Positions 50,218 through 63,095 of a stretch of DNA of 64,000 nucleotides are shown piece by piece (position 1 is the first letter of the stretch; each line of letters starts with the position of its first letter). The DNA is taken from contig BDGG01000001.1 of the NCBI GenBank assembly GCA_001949185.1, positions 8,217,067-8,281,066 on the forward strand, written 5' to 3'. The DNA comes from Ramazzottius varieornatus (taxonomy: Eukaryota; Animalia; Tardigrada). The notes beneath the pieces are model-generated. The model was not told where the DNA came from, made no database searches, and worked only from the letters and a program-made list of their open reading frames with translations. A program made the position numbers and the translations under genes.

Positions 50218-51272
50218 GTGCTTTTCCAACTCCTACTCTTGCGTACCTTCTTCGGACTCCATGTTGAGGTCGTAACCGGCAACTACCAGTTGTCCGCCCA
50301 ACGAGCGCAGGTAGAGCCGACGAGAAAATGTCGCCAAGCCCTGCTTGATGGCATCCGAGAGCTTCTTCATGTCAATGTCGCAATTGAAGCATACTACACA
50401 GGACATGCCAGCTTCACCTTAACAACCTGTACAGAAAACAATCGTGATCAACCGTTCTGATTGCTGGTCGAATTTTCGAGAGACCGTACTTTCATTTCGC
50501 TGGTCTCTCTGTCAACTTTAGTTAAGTAAACGAACCTAAATTTCTCACTTCTTTGAACAGCATTTGCTCATGATTCTCAGGTAGGCTTGTTTCCTCTTTT
50601 TCTTCGCTGTATTATGTATCTCACGCTTATGTGATTTTAGAATTTTTTTGGTCTTTATCATTGATGGGATGCGAAGGTCTACGTCGATTTTTATGTTTAC
50701 GTTTCTCTCTCATAATTTACGTTTCTCAAGTATGATTTTAGTTTCGGGACTTATTTCCCATTCAAACGCCATATTCGAGAAAAATTGTCGACATCGATAA
50801 CATTCTTCCATCGCACAGTTAACAAAATTCGGCATATTTCTCATCAATGGCGCTTGATCGTAGTTCCGTCGAAAAGTGATCGATAGGGTTAACTGGTGAA
50901 ATGCTTTTGACTCTGTCTCGACATTCGACATTCGTTCACATGGATCTTTCTAGAGGTATGACTGTTGGAAAATCCACGCAACCGTTTACAATGTCTTTTA
51001 AAAAAACCGAGCATCATCATTCGACGAAATCAACATTTGTCCATCTCTTGGCGTGTGATGCTGTACTTTCCACGTTTTAGAAGCACGTCGATTCTCCGCA
51101 GTTAGAACTGCCGACGCCGTACGCGCATCATCTCGGCTCGTTGAGTGAGCCTTCGTTATGCTTGTCTTCAGACACCTCGAGCGATGTCCTTTCGAGGCTT
51201 TCAGTTTTGGCAGATCTGCAGCATCCCAGGTGGCTGACTTTCTCGAAGATTACAAGTTTCTCGTATCAAAGT

Positions 51273-54200
51273 CTATGTCTCACAGCAGTAGCCAGTGGGT
51301 TTAGATACAGAAGGTACTGACATTGGAAACGTCGGGTTGCTGGACATGTGCGGATTACAAAGAAAATTCAGCAGAATTTGGATGTCGACATGTCTTGTTT
51401 TCGCTCCGACATGGATTCCATCGATGGTGTCATCGATTTGCAGATCCGCTTGCACATACGAATCCCAGTAAATTACATTGTTTGCAGCACTCCGCATAAG
51501 CACTTCACGCACAGCAGCGTTATACAGTATCATATTTTCGTTCGTAAGTTCTCTGTGAACAAAGCACTTCTCATGTTTATATTCTTCTTGCTGTACATGA
51601 GAAACAAATATAGGTCACTGGAAGCGTAGTCCAATCATTCAGGTACCTGTGAGAAGGATGAACGGATAACAATCGCCGTTCATCCACCAGATTTTGCGGC
51701 GTCCATATGACGGAGCTGGTAGGGAAGTCGCGGTTCAAAATCTGCAGCTGAGTTGTGACGTTTCTAAAAGTAAACTCGATCATCATGGATGCAACAGGTG
51801 AGACGTTCTGAAGTGTAGCTTAATCTATACTGGTGCATGTGGCCGATAATTTCGTCCAAAGATACTAGTCTCGAAAAAGGGTGTCCCTCGATCGCCCTGT
51901 GATCTGGTGACATAAACCCATAAAGAAACACCACGACCCGGACTTGACAAAGAGGTTATCTAAATGACGAAACCTGCTGGTACTAACGGGACGTTCAGGA
52001 GCTTCGTACGCTGATCTCCTCTATGATGCTGTTATCTGATACACCCCTAACAGGTAAATGCCCTCACATGATGTGAACGAGCAAGAACTGATGTCATGGA
52101 CTCCTCTGAAGCGTCAGACAATCCACACCGGAGCACTTCTACTGTCTCAGATAAATGTGAATTAAAATAAATGTTCTTTCTTTATCGACATTTTCGTCAG
52201 GGAGCCGAAAACGTGTTTCAATGTAACTCTGGCGTACGTCCGACCCAACCGGGTCGACGACCCTGTGGCCAATCGACCCCGGCTCATTTGGTCGACTTGA
52301 ATCGCCCTGTGCTCCACGCAATATTAGTAATTAAAGGTCCAGTAATCTCGTCCCATGATATTCGCGCGTCGACCATGCGCTGCATCCTCAAAAAACAGTG
52401 TTGTTTCGATTTGACTGTTTTGATTTTAATTGCACATAATTGGAATACCCCCGGCCGCAGCAATTTCAATTATATGGGATTCAATCCAGCTGAATTATCT
52501 ATCACAATTAACCGGAATTCAGCTCGATACAGCAACTGAAATTATTTCGAATGTGGCATATTCATACGACTGGTACTTTAACGCGCCGCAAGCCTCTCCT
52601 CTCTTGCGCGTAGAATGCCCGTCAGATGTTTAGCGCAAAGCATCGTGCAGCCAAGGCACTGTATACGGATGTGGAGGTGTCAACCCGATTTTTACGCTAC
52701 TGAAAGTCTCTCGCGTATGCTGTCATACTCGTGAAACATTCACTTGATGCACCTAAGTGCATTTTACCGCGCTGTTTCGCGCAAAGTTGATATTTCAAAC
52801 TGTCACATTCTGTATTTCGATTACCAATTGTAATTTTGTTCTATTTTCCGAATTCCACTATAATTCGAATTAATATTCAAATTGTCTAGCCCGGAATTTC
52901 CAATTTCAATTGTCAAAATGGAATGCCAAAACCGTCGTTTTCGGCCAATTATTTTTAATTGTCGATTGTAATGATCGAAACAACACTGCCTCAAAAACAA
53001 TAATGCTAAAGGTTTTTATGTTAAAACTTGTGAGCACGTCAGCAAGCACAGATAATTGAATACTGTAAATATTCGCTGCATCCGCGCAGTACGCACTCGT
53101 ACGTAACGATGCACCCCCGTAGGGGAATGCGCAATTCGTGAAACGGGACCGGGGCTGTACTTCACTTTTACGATGACGTAGTGCGCGGACGCAGCAAATA
53201 TTTACAGTAATCTGTGGACCCGCGGTCGTCCACTGGCCGAATGACCCGGGGTCGATCGGCCACAACGTCGTTGACCCGGTCGGGTCGGACCTACGCTCAG
53301 GCACGTTCCATAATCAAAATTTCTTCGTAGAAATTTGCCTTATAAAAAAGTATTCAAACTTTGGACCTGACGCCACGACTCGAGTCATCGGCTCCGGTCG
53401 GCACAAACGGCTCGACCAGGTACCTGCATGAAACGCGCCTAAGAAGTTTTAATTCAAAAGCAGCAGGGAGGGAGTTGGGCGCAGACAGACTGACACCAGA
53501 CAATTAGCTAAGAGCACTTTTTACCGTATTCGGACCACGAAAAACCCTTCAGTTCCAGGTAATTGTCGACCGAGTATGGTAAAAAGCTCTGAGTGCTCCC
53601 AAATGCTCTCAACTAATCGTATAGTGTCGGTCTTTCGTGCCGGACGTGCTCCGTACTATTTTTGAATAAAAACTTCTTAGGCGCGTTTTATGCAAGTTCC
53701 TGGTCGAGCCGTTTGTACTAACCGGAGCCCAAGATTCATGTCGTGACGTCAGATCCACAGTAATTTTTTTATTAGGCTAACTTTGTCGTAGAAATTTGCT
53801 TGTCGAAAATTTTGTCGTAAAATTTTTGCGACAAAGTTTGCCTACGGGACGCGCCTGCCTGCACTACCTTGAACGGCACGGGTATTAAGAAGTCGACCTA
53901 CCTCATTTTCTTTACCGACGATGGCTTTCATCGTTGTCCCTGACAAAATTTTCGATCAAAACGGAAGATAACTTTTGATTTTTCTGAAAAGGTAGAAGTG
54001 TTCGGCTGTAGATCCCCTTTGTTTTTGTTCTCGACGACTCGATGCCAGCGAAGATACAGGTTCAGTAGACACACAAGAACTTAGTGGTGCCATACCAGGT
54101 GGAAAACTGATCCCCGTTTTTTGAACTCCTTTTAGCGCTAGAGAGGAGACCATGACGTCACTTCCTGCTTGGGGAGAGTAAGCTTTTTCCACTAAAAGTA

Positions 54201-55025
54201 TCGAAACGCAGATCGGCATATGACGTTTTTTTAAAAAGTACTGTACTTGAAAGTTATACACATGTACCACCCTAGCTAGGCTGTACGGGAGTGGTTGCTC
54301 TATAGTGGTTTGGGTCAACGACCGTAGTACTTTCGGAAACCCTGGAGACAGATTTCTTGTGTAATGTTTTCGGCAGTGCATCGTTTAATAATCCACACTC
54401 CTGAGCCAATGATGATCTGGTCGGGCTTCGATTTCCGAAGCTTTAAGCCCCGAAGTGCCGCTCCTAAAGCGCCATCTCCTGCATCCATTTCCACCATCCA
54501 AAAGAACTCGATGCGTAAATTGGCAATTGGTATCACGGTCACCGTACTTCCATGCTTGTTAGCGGTTGCTTTGATGTTTGTGACAGATGTATTGGCGTAA
54601 ATATCGTGTTCCATACCAGTGAGATGGTAAATTAATCCATCACGAAGCTGTCTGATGCGAGAATCTCCCAGCAAAACAATATGGTTTGCTTTTCCCCGAC
54701 CCAAAGAGCGTTTCCGTAAGCAAGCGGCGGAATCACTGCAACGACAAACATAGTTATGTGCTATGTATCAGCATCCCAATATGTACAAGAAGAATGGGCG
54801 AAGACCTTACTTCAGTTTCTTCCAGTGCATGAGCTTGCACGATGGGTTCCATAAAGTTTTCTGGTTGTCACCTGAAGACAGAAAATATCCTCCTGTGAAC
54901 ATCGAAAGACAAGATTCCGTAATTAGGTTGTGCTGTGCCTCCCAATACAAATAATCCGCTAGTATCAGTACCATCAAGACGAAGGAAGTGATGGCTCCCT
55001 TCCACAGGTAGTTCTGCCTCAGCAT
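51273..55025 (-). CDS. Type II membrane SGNH-fold O-acetyltransferase/esterase (CASD1 luminal domain / NXPE / PC-esterase-like), 4 exons, ~2.5-kb MITE-filled intron
   Basis: N-terminal TM; WNPSCKLMH; HIVLLGDSRIRQL; PDQIIIGSGVW; DGIH...QILLNFLCN. Confidence 0.8.
52232..53296. mobile_element. Non-autonomous element with ~65-bp TIRs containing nested inverted repeats and the 53061-53210 MITE
   Basis: gcgtacgtccgacccaaccgggtcgacgacc.tgtggccaatcgaccccgg vs ccggggtcgatcggccaca.cgtcgttgacccggtcgggtcggacctacgc. Confidence 0.75.
53330..53785. mobile_element. Foldback element with ~200-bp arms
   Basis: acaaacggctcgaccagg...aaacgcgcctaagaagtttt vs aaaacttcttaggcgcgttt...cctggtcgagccgtttgt. Confidence 0.8.
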
Positions 55026-55219
55026 TTTGCGTTTGACTTTGCTAAACGTTAACGGATCTGTTTCTATAGATCATCTCGTCTTTAAAAGCCAGTCAAGATG
55101 CGACCACCGGATTGATCATGAGCTACCGCATCTGCCTGTGGGTGACCATCTCCTGTCTCAAAATATTGCTAATAATAGCAGACAGAAGCAACTGCGGTGA
55201 TTAGCCTTGCCGCAGGCAT

Positions 55220-56480
55220 AATTTGGCACGACATTTTTCACCAGTGCCGCTCTGCAACTTGAAACTTCATCTGCCATTGCGGCCCAAAATACTGAGCCTA
55301 TGGTCAACCAAACAATCAAGATTGGGATGCGAGCCGCACTGCAGCACATTTAGAGACATTGCGTGGTATCAATGCTTCCGGTGTAATCAGCTGTTCGCCT
55401 TGCAAACCTGCTACAGAAGGTTTTGTACCGATCCCGTTCTGTCTGATGATGTTGCACGTGACAGCCCAGCTACATCTGTGATAGTGCCTTTCACACGAAA
55501 TTGAAATCAGCGCAGAAACACCTGTTGCTTGTTTCCGAGGCGAACAGCTGATCGCACAGGTAGTACTGTGTTCTCTCCATGGTTCTGCGCAGTCACATGA
55601 CTGACCCATAATATAATCCTCGGCCATAACCGTTTTTTGTGAGGATGCCAGTTTTGGAGGTATTACCAGATAAACACGTCCTTTCCGAGGTAGTTCGCAT
55701 ACAAATACCTCCCTCCTGAGAATAGGACTTTGCTGTTTTTTCTTGCTGGCGTGACGCATACGTCACACGTTTGCTCTCGGAGAAGACGGGTCTGAAACCC
55801 TGACCGTCTAGTCTTTTCCGAAGCTGTTGTCTCTCAAAACACCGTCTGTTCTGAGATGGCTGACCACACAAAACGGTTTTTGCGCATTTCCGGTCCAATT
55901 TCCGAATGTCAACCAATAGCACTAAAAATTCACGCCACTGGGAAATTCGTCTGGTTGACTTTGTTTGCCGAGCTTTCAGACATTTTCCGATACTCCGAGT
56001 GGCCAAAAACGGTTGTCATCCTGGTGTCGGTCAATGAATATGGAAATTTTATTCATTTCATTGATCTGCTCAGAAAGGATTCGACTTTGGGCGGATACAT
56101 GGCTCCGGAAAAGACTAGACGGTCAAAGCTTTAGAGCCGTCTTATTTGGGGATGAACGCGTGACGTATACGTTACGTCAGCAAGAAAAATGACGAAGTCC
56201 CATTCTCAGAAGGGACGTGTTTATCTCGGAAAGGACGTGTTTATCTGGTGATATCTCCATAAAACTGGCATCCTCACCAAAAACGGTTACACTCGGGTAC
56301 TAATGACTGAACCTTGATCACCCCGGGCCTCTCATGTGACTGCGGAGAACCATCGAGCAAATAGAGTACTAGGAGGAATTGCGTATTTTACCACCCTACG
56401 TCCCGCCTCTTCGTCTTTATGGTTCGATTGACCAAAGGCTTAATACATTGGCCGTAATGTCTTTTTTCCACATTTGTCAC
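55220..56480. mobile_element. Large foldback element with long imperfect arms
   Basis: 55565-55820 is the inverted match of 56100-56360 (gtgaggatgccagtttt..ccagataaacacgtcctttccgag); 55255-55295 is the inverted match of 56420-56460. Confidence 0.75.
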
Positions 56481-56505
56481 GCTACCACCAGTAAATTGTT
56501 TTGTA

Positions 56506-56639
56506 TACTGTACTACCGAGGTACCGTACACACGGCCAGGCGTACGTTTTACATCCCCGCTATACGTGCTGTAAACTGAGCTACTCTACCCGGGGGTGCA
56601 CGGCATACGGCCGGCCGTGTGTATCTCGGTAGTACAGTA
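56506..56639. mobile_element. Small MITE, TIR TACTGTACTACCGAG
   Basis: tactgtactaccgag...acacggcc / ggccgtgt...ctcggtagtacagta. Confidence 0.8.
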
Positions 56640-56856
56640 CATCGGTTGAACTAGTGGCGCCCCCTTTCGACTCTATAGTAGTGAAGCTGCAATCCAAGCG
56701 ACTGAGCTGCCGCCATTCTTCCATCATCAGAAGTACACGAATAACGAGAAAGTTCGAGCCACTAAAACGTTTGGATCAGACGGAAAGACTGCAGAAAGGA
56801 GAGTTCAACTTTAGAAAATTGTCAGAAAGTGCAGTGGTGTGAATTTTACACGTACA

Positions 56857-57043
56857 TACAGTATAGGCAAATAAGGTACTCTAAAAGGGGACAGTGCTAG
56901 AATCGAGTTTTTGACTGGTGACGTAAGAACTTCGGCTCGAAGAAATCCGCTGGTCAAGCTGCAGTTCGCGTCGCCAGATTTCAGCTTGATCAGCTTATTG
57001 CTTCTTACGTCACAGTTGCTTAAGCTTGTTTGCCTACACTGTA
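56857..57043. mobile_element. Tc1/mariner-type MITE (TA-CAGT termini)
   Basis: tacagtataggcaaataag / cttgtttgcctacactgta; internal gtgacgtaagaa / ttcttacgtcac. Confidence 0.8.
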
Positions 57044-57243
57044 CATGATATCGTTCCGCTGTTTCGAAACGGTTGGCCCAAACTGTTCACTCCCCCAAAC
57101 TTTCTCATCATACGTATTCCATTCACGGAATATGACCAGTTTCGTTCCTCCCTTTTCAATGTTTCACAAATTTTTGTGCTTGCATTTCTGCAACTACAGT
57201 TCAACGTCCGCATTACTTCCCTGCTGTATATATTTATGTTATG

Positions 57244-58796
57244 GAGGGATGTTGGCATAAGGGTATCCCGACCTAATATAATTTTGATTTAATAAGCCGA
57301 GCTGCCGAAGTTCGAATATAATCTTAATATAATATGTCGCGACCTCGGAGCATCTAATATGATGTTAATACTGTATATCATCTTGTTTCGTCGGGTGCCT
57401 ATTATGATATATTATAAAACATCTGATCGGCGTGTGAAAACAGCAAGGGAACTTTCCTCCTCAGTCCTAATATCGCTCTGGTGTCACCGAAGCCAGGGAA
57501 CTTTCCGTCTTACATACTTTTATCATCTGACCAGATCTTCTTCAGATCCAGCAACAGATAGACCACAATTCCAAGAATATATCTTCGAACCGTCGAGCAA
57601 AAAACACACCGAAACAGATTAGTCATCTATACCAGGAAGATGAGCGATGTTACGCAGACAAAGCACTTTTCCTTCCAAATGGCGTCCAGCCAGCCTTTTC
57701 GCCTTCCCTATGGTCGATAGGGTGGCAATGGCGAAAACGCGCTCCTGCATACTCGATGCAGCTGGAATCGCCAGTATGTCGAGTGCGAGGCGGCTCGAAA
57801 GAGGAAACTTTCCGCTTGCAGATATCCAGAATTCTTCCGGATTGCTGTCGATTTGGTCTGTCAAACACATGGGTATCTCCATGGCTGCAGCTCCCTTCGT
57901 CACCTTCTTCCGATTCACAGCGTTTTTGTCCACTGCTGTCTCTTCTGCTTGATGGTGGTGGAACTCCCTTCTTTTCAGCCATGCTGGTATCCTCGTACTA
58001 TCCTGCAATTTCTAGAGACACACAATGCGTTCGAAAGCGCAAAACAAAGCTGGAATAGACTTGCTGGAAATTCTCAGTTTCTGGCGAATTTGGCGAACGA
58101 AGGAACAGGTGTCGAGCGCAGGTGTGCAGTGAGCATCAAAACATGACGGCACGCACCTAAAAACAGCGGTTCCGTCACCGTTTGACTTGATTGAATTCAC
58201 TCGAACGCTGAACAACTACAAGACTGCTTGGTTGACGAGAATTTGCACTGCGTGCATTCAGCCGGTAAACAGGCTGAGCAAAGCAGTCGAATTGAGCCAA
58301 TCGCAGATTTACTCAAGAAATGGAGAATTTTCAGCAACTCTAACCTGGAGAAGCAGACAGCCTCGCTCTCAGCAATGAGCATTTCGAGTATGCAGGTGGA
58401 TCGCCGGACTCATGAACCTGCACTTTCCAATCAAACGACGTTACAATCAATGTATTGCCCTGAACGCTGATCAATATCCGCTGATGTGCAGGTGCGTGAT
58501 GCGTTATGATCCAACCCAACACCGCACTGTGCAGAGTCGCACGCTTTCGCTTGACGCAAATCAGGCCTTATTTCAACCAACCAAAGCCGAAATCGCATGT
58601 GAATAATTTTGATATAGAGCGCACAGCGATTTGATTTTAATGTAATACATTCAGCTCTGGCTTCCATGTAATATAATACTAATAAATATCCTGCTTCGGT
58701 CGAGGCATCTAATAAATTTTGATATAATATATTAGATGCAAAGAGCATCTAATGAGTTCTAATTTAATATTATATTCATATATGCCAACATCAATA
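57244..58796 (-). mobile_element. Internally deleted hAT transposon retaining the C-terminal dimerisation domain
   Basis: PEEFW...KFPLSSRLALDILAIPAASSMQERVFA; Ac-like end agggatgttggcata / tatgccaacatc; AT-rich subterminal catctaat repeats. Confidence 0.8.
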
Positions 58797-59307
58797 TTAA
58801 ATATGGACAATGTGAGCTACCGTTTCATGGTATGCTTGAAACGGTGTGGTTACGGTTATGAGCCATACTTTCTATCCAGTACATACACGCCGACGAAGTT
58901 TGGGCCAGTTGAAAGTATCGGCCAGACGGAGAAAAGACGGCAAACTTGGATTGTAATATAAGCCAGAAGCGAAAAACATAGCGCAGTGAATTTTCACCCA
59001 AGTGGACAGTGGCCGTCAGCTGATCAGCTGTTGAGTTTCGTGGATGAATGCTGCAAATTTTTCGTTTGCAGTCATATCCGATTATCGAACTGCCGTTCAC
59101 ACTTCCATCTTTATGAGTCGTTTTAGAATGTTTGTTCCGGCAAAAAAGAAACTGATACATAAGGCGATATGCTTCGAGCCGCTCGTTGCGATGCCCATCA
59201 TGTGTATGTACATTAATGATTCTCACTTCTTTACGTTAAACTAACGATTTTTACATGGTTAAGCGAGATGGTTCGTGGTTTGCGTATAGCAAGGGCATAC
59301 GTCATCT

Positions 59308-59555
59308 GAGGACTGTCAAGATAGAACCCTAAATGCTGAATTCATCTCAACTGATCAGGAAACAACTTTCTGTGTTTTCGCCCCAGGGTTCTCATATGGC
59401 AAACCCAAACTTCAGAATTTTTTGCCAACTTCTCTGTGTGCGGCCTTTTACGGCATTTTCAGGTTCGATGCAGCTTTTTTTGCTCTACAAGATAGGCCAA
59501 TAAAAGCTCTTTTCGGAACTTTTGCAATATTTTGGGTTCTATCCTGACAGTCCTC
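59308..59555. mobile_element. MITE with GAG...CTC termini and 4-bp TSD ATCT (Sola2-like)
   Basis: atct|gaggactgtcaagatagaaccc ... gggttctatcctgacagtcctc|atct. Confidence 0.8.
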
Positions 59556-60850
59556 ATCTGGCAAAACGTTAAGCTCTGTTTCATCTACCGGTGCGTAGTA
59601 CTTTTGGTAGCCTGGCCGCGCCATCGTTCATCTTTCCCGAAATCTGAAACGGCCATAATTTTTGTTTAGCTCGTGGGAAGCGAATGGCCGTTACAGAAAG
59701 TTGAGATCAGCTCTTGGTCATCCCGCTACGAGGGAAGATCGGCTGATAGGATCTCTAGTACCCGTTATGTATGGCCCTGTACGCAGTCGTATGCGTAAAT
59801 CATGCCTGTGAGTACAGCCGTTAAGACTGCGATCAGCTGATTTGAGTTTCGTGCAGTCAGGCACTGTATTCATTGTACGTTTCACCATCTTGTCTTTCCC
59901 TAAAATAATAATGGCGTCCCCAGTTGAGTTTAAAATTAACCTCGAGAAGCTGTGGAAGATACTAGGACAAAGCTATTTTGAGTCGAGCAAGTTCGGACTT
60001 TCTAGTCTCACTGGACGCCGAAAAGCGATCGCGCTGCTCGTGGATCGGTCTCCGCGGACAATAGAAGGTGTTACTCGGAGCTGGGATCTGGTGAGTGGAC
60101 CTCCCAAGAATGCTGCCACAGACTCGCAAGACGAGGACGGCACAGCCGAGACATTTTCCGCAAGCTGCACAACCTGATTCCCGCAGGTTGCCACATACGG
60201 CACTAAACGAAAAAGGTAAGGCGAAAGACCGAGCGGAGAAAGCTGAGTAATGGACCGTTCGTACTCAAGAACGTTTGTTGCAGCCGCAGAACTTTCGCCG
60301 CTGGAAGTGCGAACGATGACGTCACCAGAAAAACGTTTTTACTGCTGTCTTCTGTTGCCGACGCGTAAGGGTGTAAGGGTCACGAATGGGTCATAACGCC
60401 GAGTGGAATAGATTCAGAAAAACGCCTGCCTATTCATCAGAGGAATTGCAAAGCATACGAAGAAATCCAAGAAACGAATCCATTAAAAATTGTTTAAAAT
60501 TCAACCGATAGTCAATTCATTTGTGGCTCACGAAACGAAGGGAGGTTCGTTTGTTTGCCACGAGAGAAATTGTCAGTCAGTTTGAGTCGGTCAATAATAG
60601 AGACCTTGCAAAATTCACGAGACGGGTCAAACAAACGACAACTAATCATTTTTGAAAATGGTGGTTTAAAAATGCTTTAGTTCAAACCCACCAGAGGTTG
60701 CAAACTGCGCGGGACTTTTTACGACTAACGAACAATCCACTAAATCAAAATTCAAATTTGCTCTGGACGAGAAATTGTATTAATTTCATATCAGCTTTTG
60801 GTCCAGCCGTACATTCTTCGTTTCCGACATAAACTTTTAGACCATTCGGC

Positions 60851-61289
60851 ATGGATAAGAAGCTACTTGTGGCCATGTGTGAGGAGGGCGATATAGACGA
60901 GGAAGAGCTCGTCCATCTATCTCAGCTGTCGGAGCAAGCGAAAATGCGGCCTGGTGATTTTGACCTTGACACCATATCTAACCAAGTGTGCCTCGAAGAC
61001 TTTCGCTTTTCCAAATCTCAACTTTTCCTGCTGCAACATGCCTTAGAGATTCCGGACATCATGTACACCGATAGCCATCACATCATACCGGGGATGGAAG
61101 CACTTTGTCTGTTGTTGAAGAGGCTCGCGTTCCCTAATCGCCTCTGTGACCTGGAAAAGATTTTCGGCAGGAATCGTACCGTTTTATCGCGCTGTTTCAA
61201 TCATACTCTGAAATACGTTCACGACAAGTTCTGCGGGCGACTGGAAACTCCTGTACAACCATGGATTGACGCCGATACTCTGGAGTTAT
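60851..61289 (+). CDS. Harbinger/PHIS DDE transposase N-terminal part (rest lies in the N gap)
   Basis: CLEDFRFSKSQL...EALCLLLKRLAFPNRLCDLEKIFGRNRTVLSRCFN (HTH_Tnp_4-like). Confidence 0.85.
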
Positions 61290-62153
61290 NNNNNNNNNNN
61301 NNNNNNNNNNNNNNNNNNNNNNNNNNNNNNNNNNNNNNNNNNNNNNNNNNNNNNNNNNNNNNNNNNNNNNNNNNNNNNNNNNNNNNNNNNNNNNNNNNNN
61401 NNNNNNNNNNNNNNNNNNNNNNNNNNNNNNNNNNNNNNNNNNNNNNNNNNNNNNNNNNNNNNNNNNNNNNNNNNNNNNNNNNNNNNNNNNNNNNNNNNNN
61501 NNNNNNNNNNNNNNNNNNNNNNNNNNNNNNNNNNNNNNNNNNNNNNNNNNNNNNNNNNNNNNNNNNNNNNNNNNNNNNNNNNNNNNNNNNNNNNNNNNNN
61601 NNNNNNNNNNNNNNNNNNNNNNNNNNNNNNNNNNNNNNNNNNNNNNNNNNNNNNNNNNNNNNNNNNNNNNNNNNNNNNNNNNNNNNNNNNNNNNNNNNNN
61701 NNNNNNNNNNNNNNNNNNNNNNNNNNNNNNNNNNNNNNNNNNNNNNNNNNNNNNNNNNNNNNNNNNNNNNNNNNNNNNNNNNNNNNNNNNNNNNNNNNNN
61801 NNNNNNNNNNNNNNNNNNNNNNNNNNNNNNNNNNNNNNNNNNNNNNNNNNNNNNNNNNNNNNNNNNNNNNNNNNNNNNNNNNNNNNNNNNNNNNNNNNNN
61901 NNNNNNNNNNNNNNNNNNNNNNNNNNNNNNNNNNNNNNNNNNNNNNNNNNNNNNNNNNNNNNNNNNNNNNNNNNNNNNNNNNNNNNNNNNNNNNNNNNNN
62001 NNNNNNNNNNNNNNNNNNNNNNNNNNNNNNNNNNNNNNNNNNNNNNNNNNNNNNNNNNNNNNNNNNNNNNNNNNNNNNNNNNNNNNNNNNNNNNNNNNNN
62101 NNNNNNNNNNNNNNNNNNNNNNNNNNNNNNNNNNNNNNNNNNNNNNNNNNNNN

Positions 62154-63095
62154 AGTTCAAATCGTCGTGCCTTTTCAGCGTCTTCCATCCGCAGCTTGTC
62201 CCTGTCAAATTCCAGCAGTTCTCTTCGGACACTCCGTTCAGCAGCGTTGTCCAGCATCGTTTCGCGATGCATCTTCAGCTTGATTTCTAGTTCCTTCACT
62301 TGCTGCGCTTTCTTAAGTTCCAAGTATTCGTCGACAGGTTCCGTTTTACGTTTCTTGTACGGCGCAACTAGATGTAACTTCTTTGGGCTTGGTTTCTTTC
62401 TCACTGGTGAGCCACCGTCCTGTTCATCCGCTGTGTCCGACTCTAAACGCAGAAACAAAATTTGAAAAGTATGGTACTTTGTGAGTAGAAATCGAGGGAC
62501 TCATATGCTGAGCATACTGTGAACTGGGGTGATTACTATATTGTATAACACATGATGAATCAAAGCTCAAACCAATCAATCAACATATACCGTTAATCAA
62601 GACAGTGCGCTTTCTGATGGTGGCCAAGGCATCTTTCTGAATGGTCTGTACCAGCACTTTGCTTTGCTCTTCCTTCTCCTTCTCAGCGCTGGCATTGTTC
62701 GTAGTAAAGTCTTCTTGTTCGATAAGGCTGTTCAGTAAGGTGTCTACTTCAGACAGGACAAGCGATCCGACTCCTGTAACTTTCTTTTCCGAATCGATAC
62801 GACGAGCTTTCATCAACACCTTGACTCTTTCCCTGCAACGGCGATCGTCGAAGGTTTCACCTTTGAAGTGGTCAGTCATCTCCACGGCTATCAAGCATCA
62901 GCTTTCCTTACGCTTGTTTAGGCTGTGACGGAATGGATTTTCTTTACTGGTAACACGCAAGAGCTGCGTATCCATACGCGACTGATAATCCACTGCAGTC
63001 TTCGCGGAAGTTTCTTTCTCCATCCTCTCGGCTTCTTTGTCGGCAGCAGATTTCTTCGGTGGTCGACCACGCTTCTTCTTTGTCGACTCCGCCAT
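62154..63095 (-). pseudogene. Accessory AT-hook plus Myb/SANT-like protein of the PHIS element; spliced, in-frame TGA at 62898-62900
   Basis: MAESTKKKRGRPPKK...ENPF...KES*CLIAVEM...RRCRERVKVL; coiled-coil last exon. Confidence 0.7.

Noticed and set aside
60851-62465. Long ORFs of 337-479 aa in the ORF track
   Set aside because: They are artefacts of translating through the N gap; only the flanking pieces are real.
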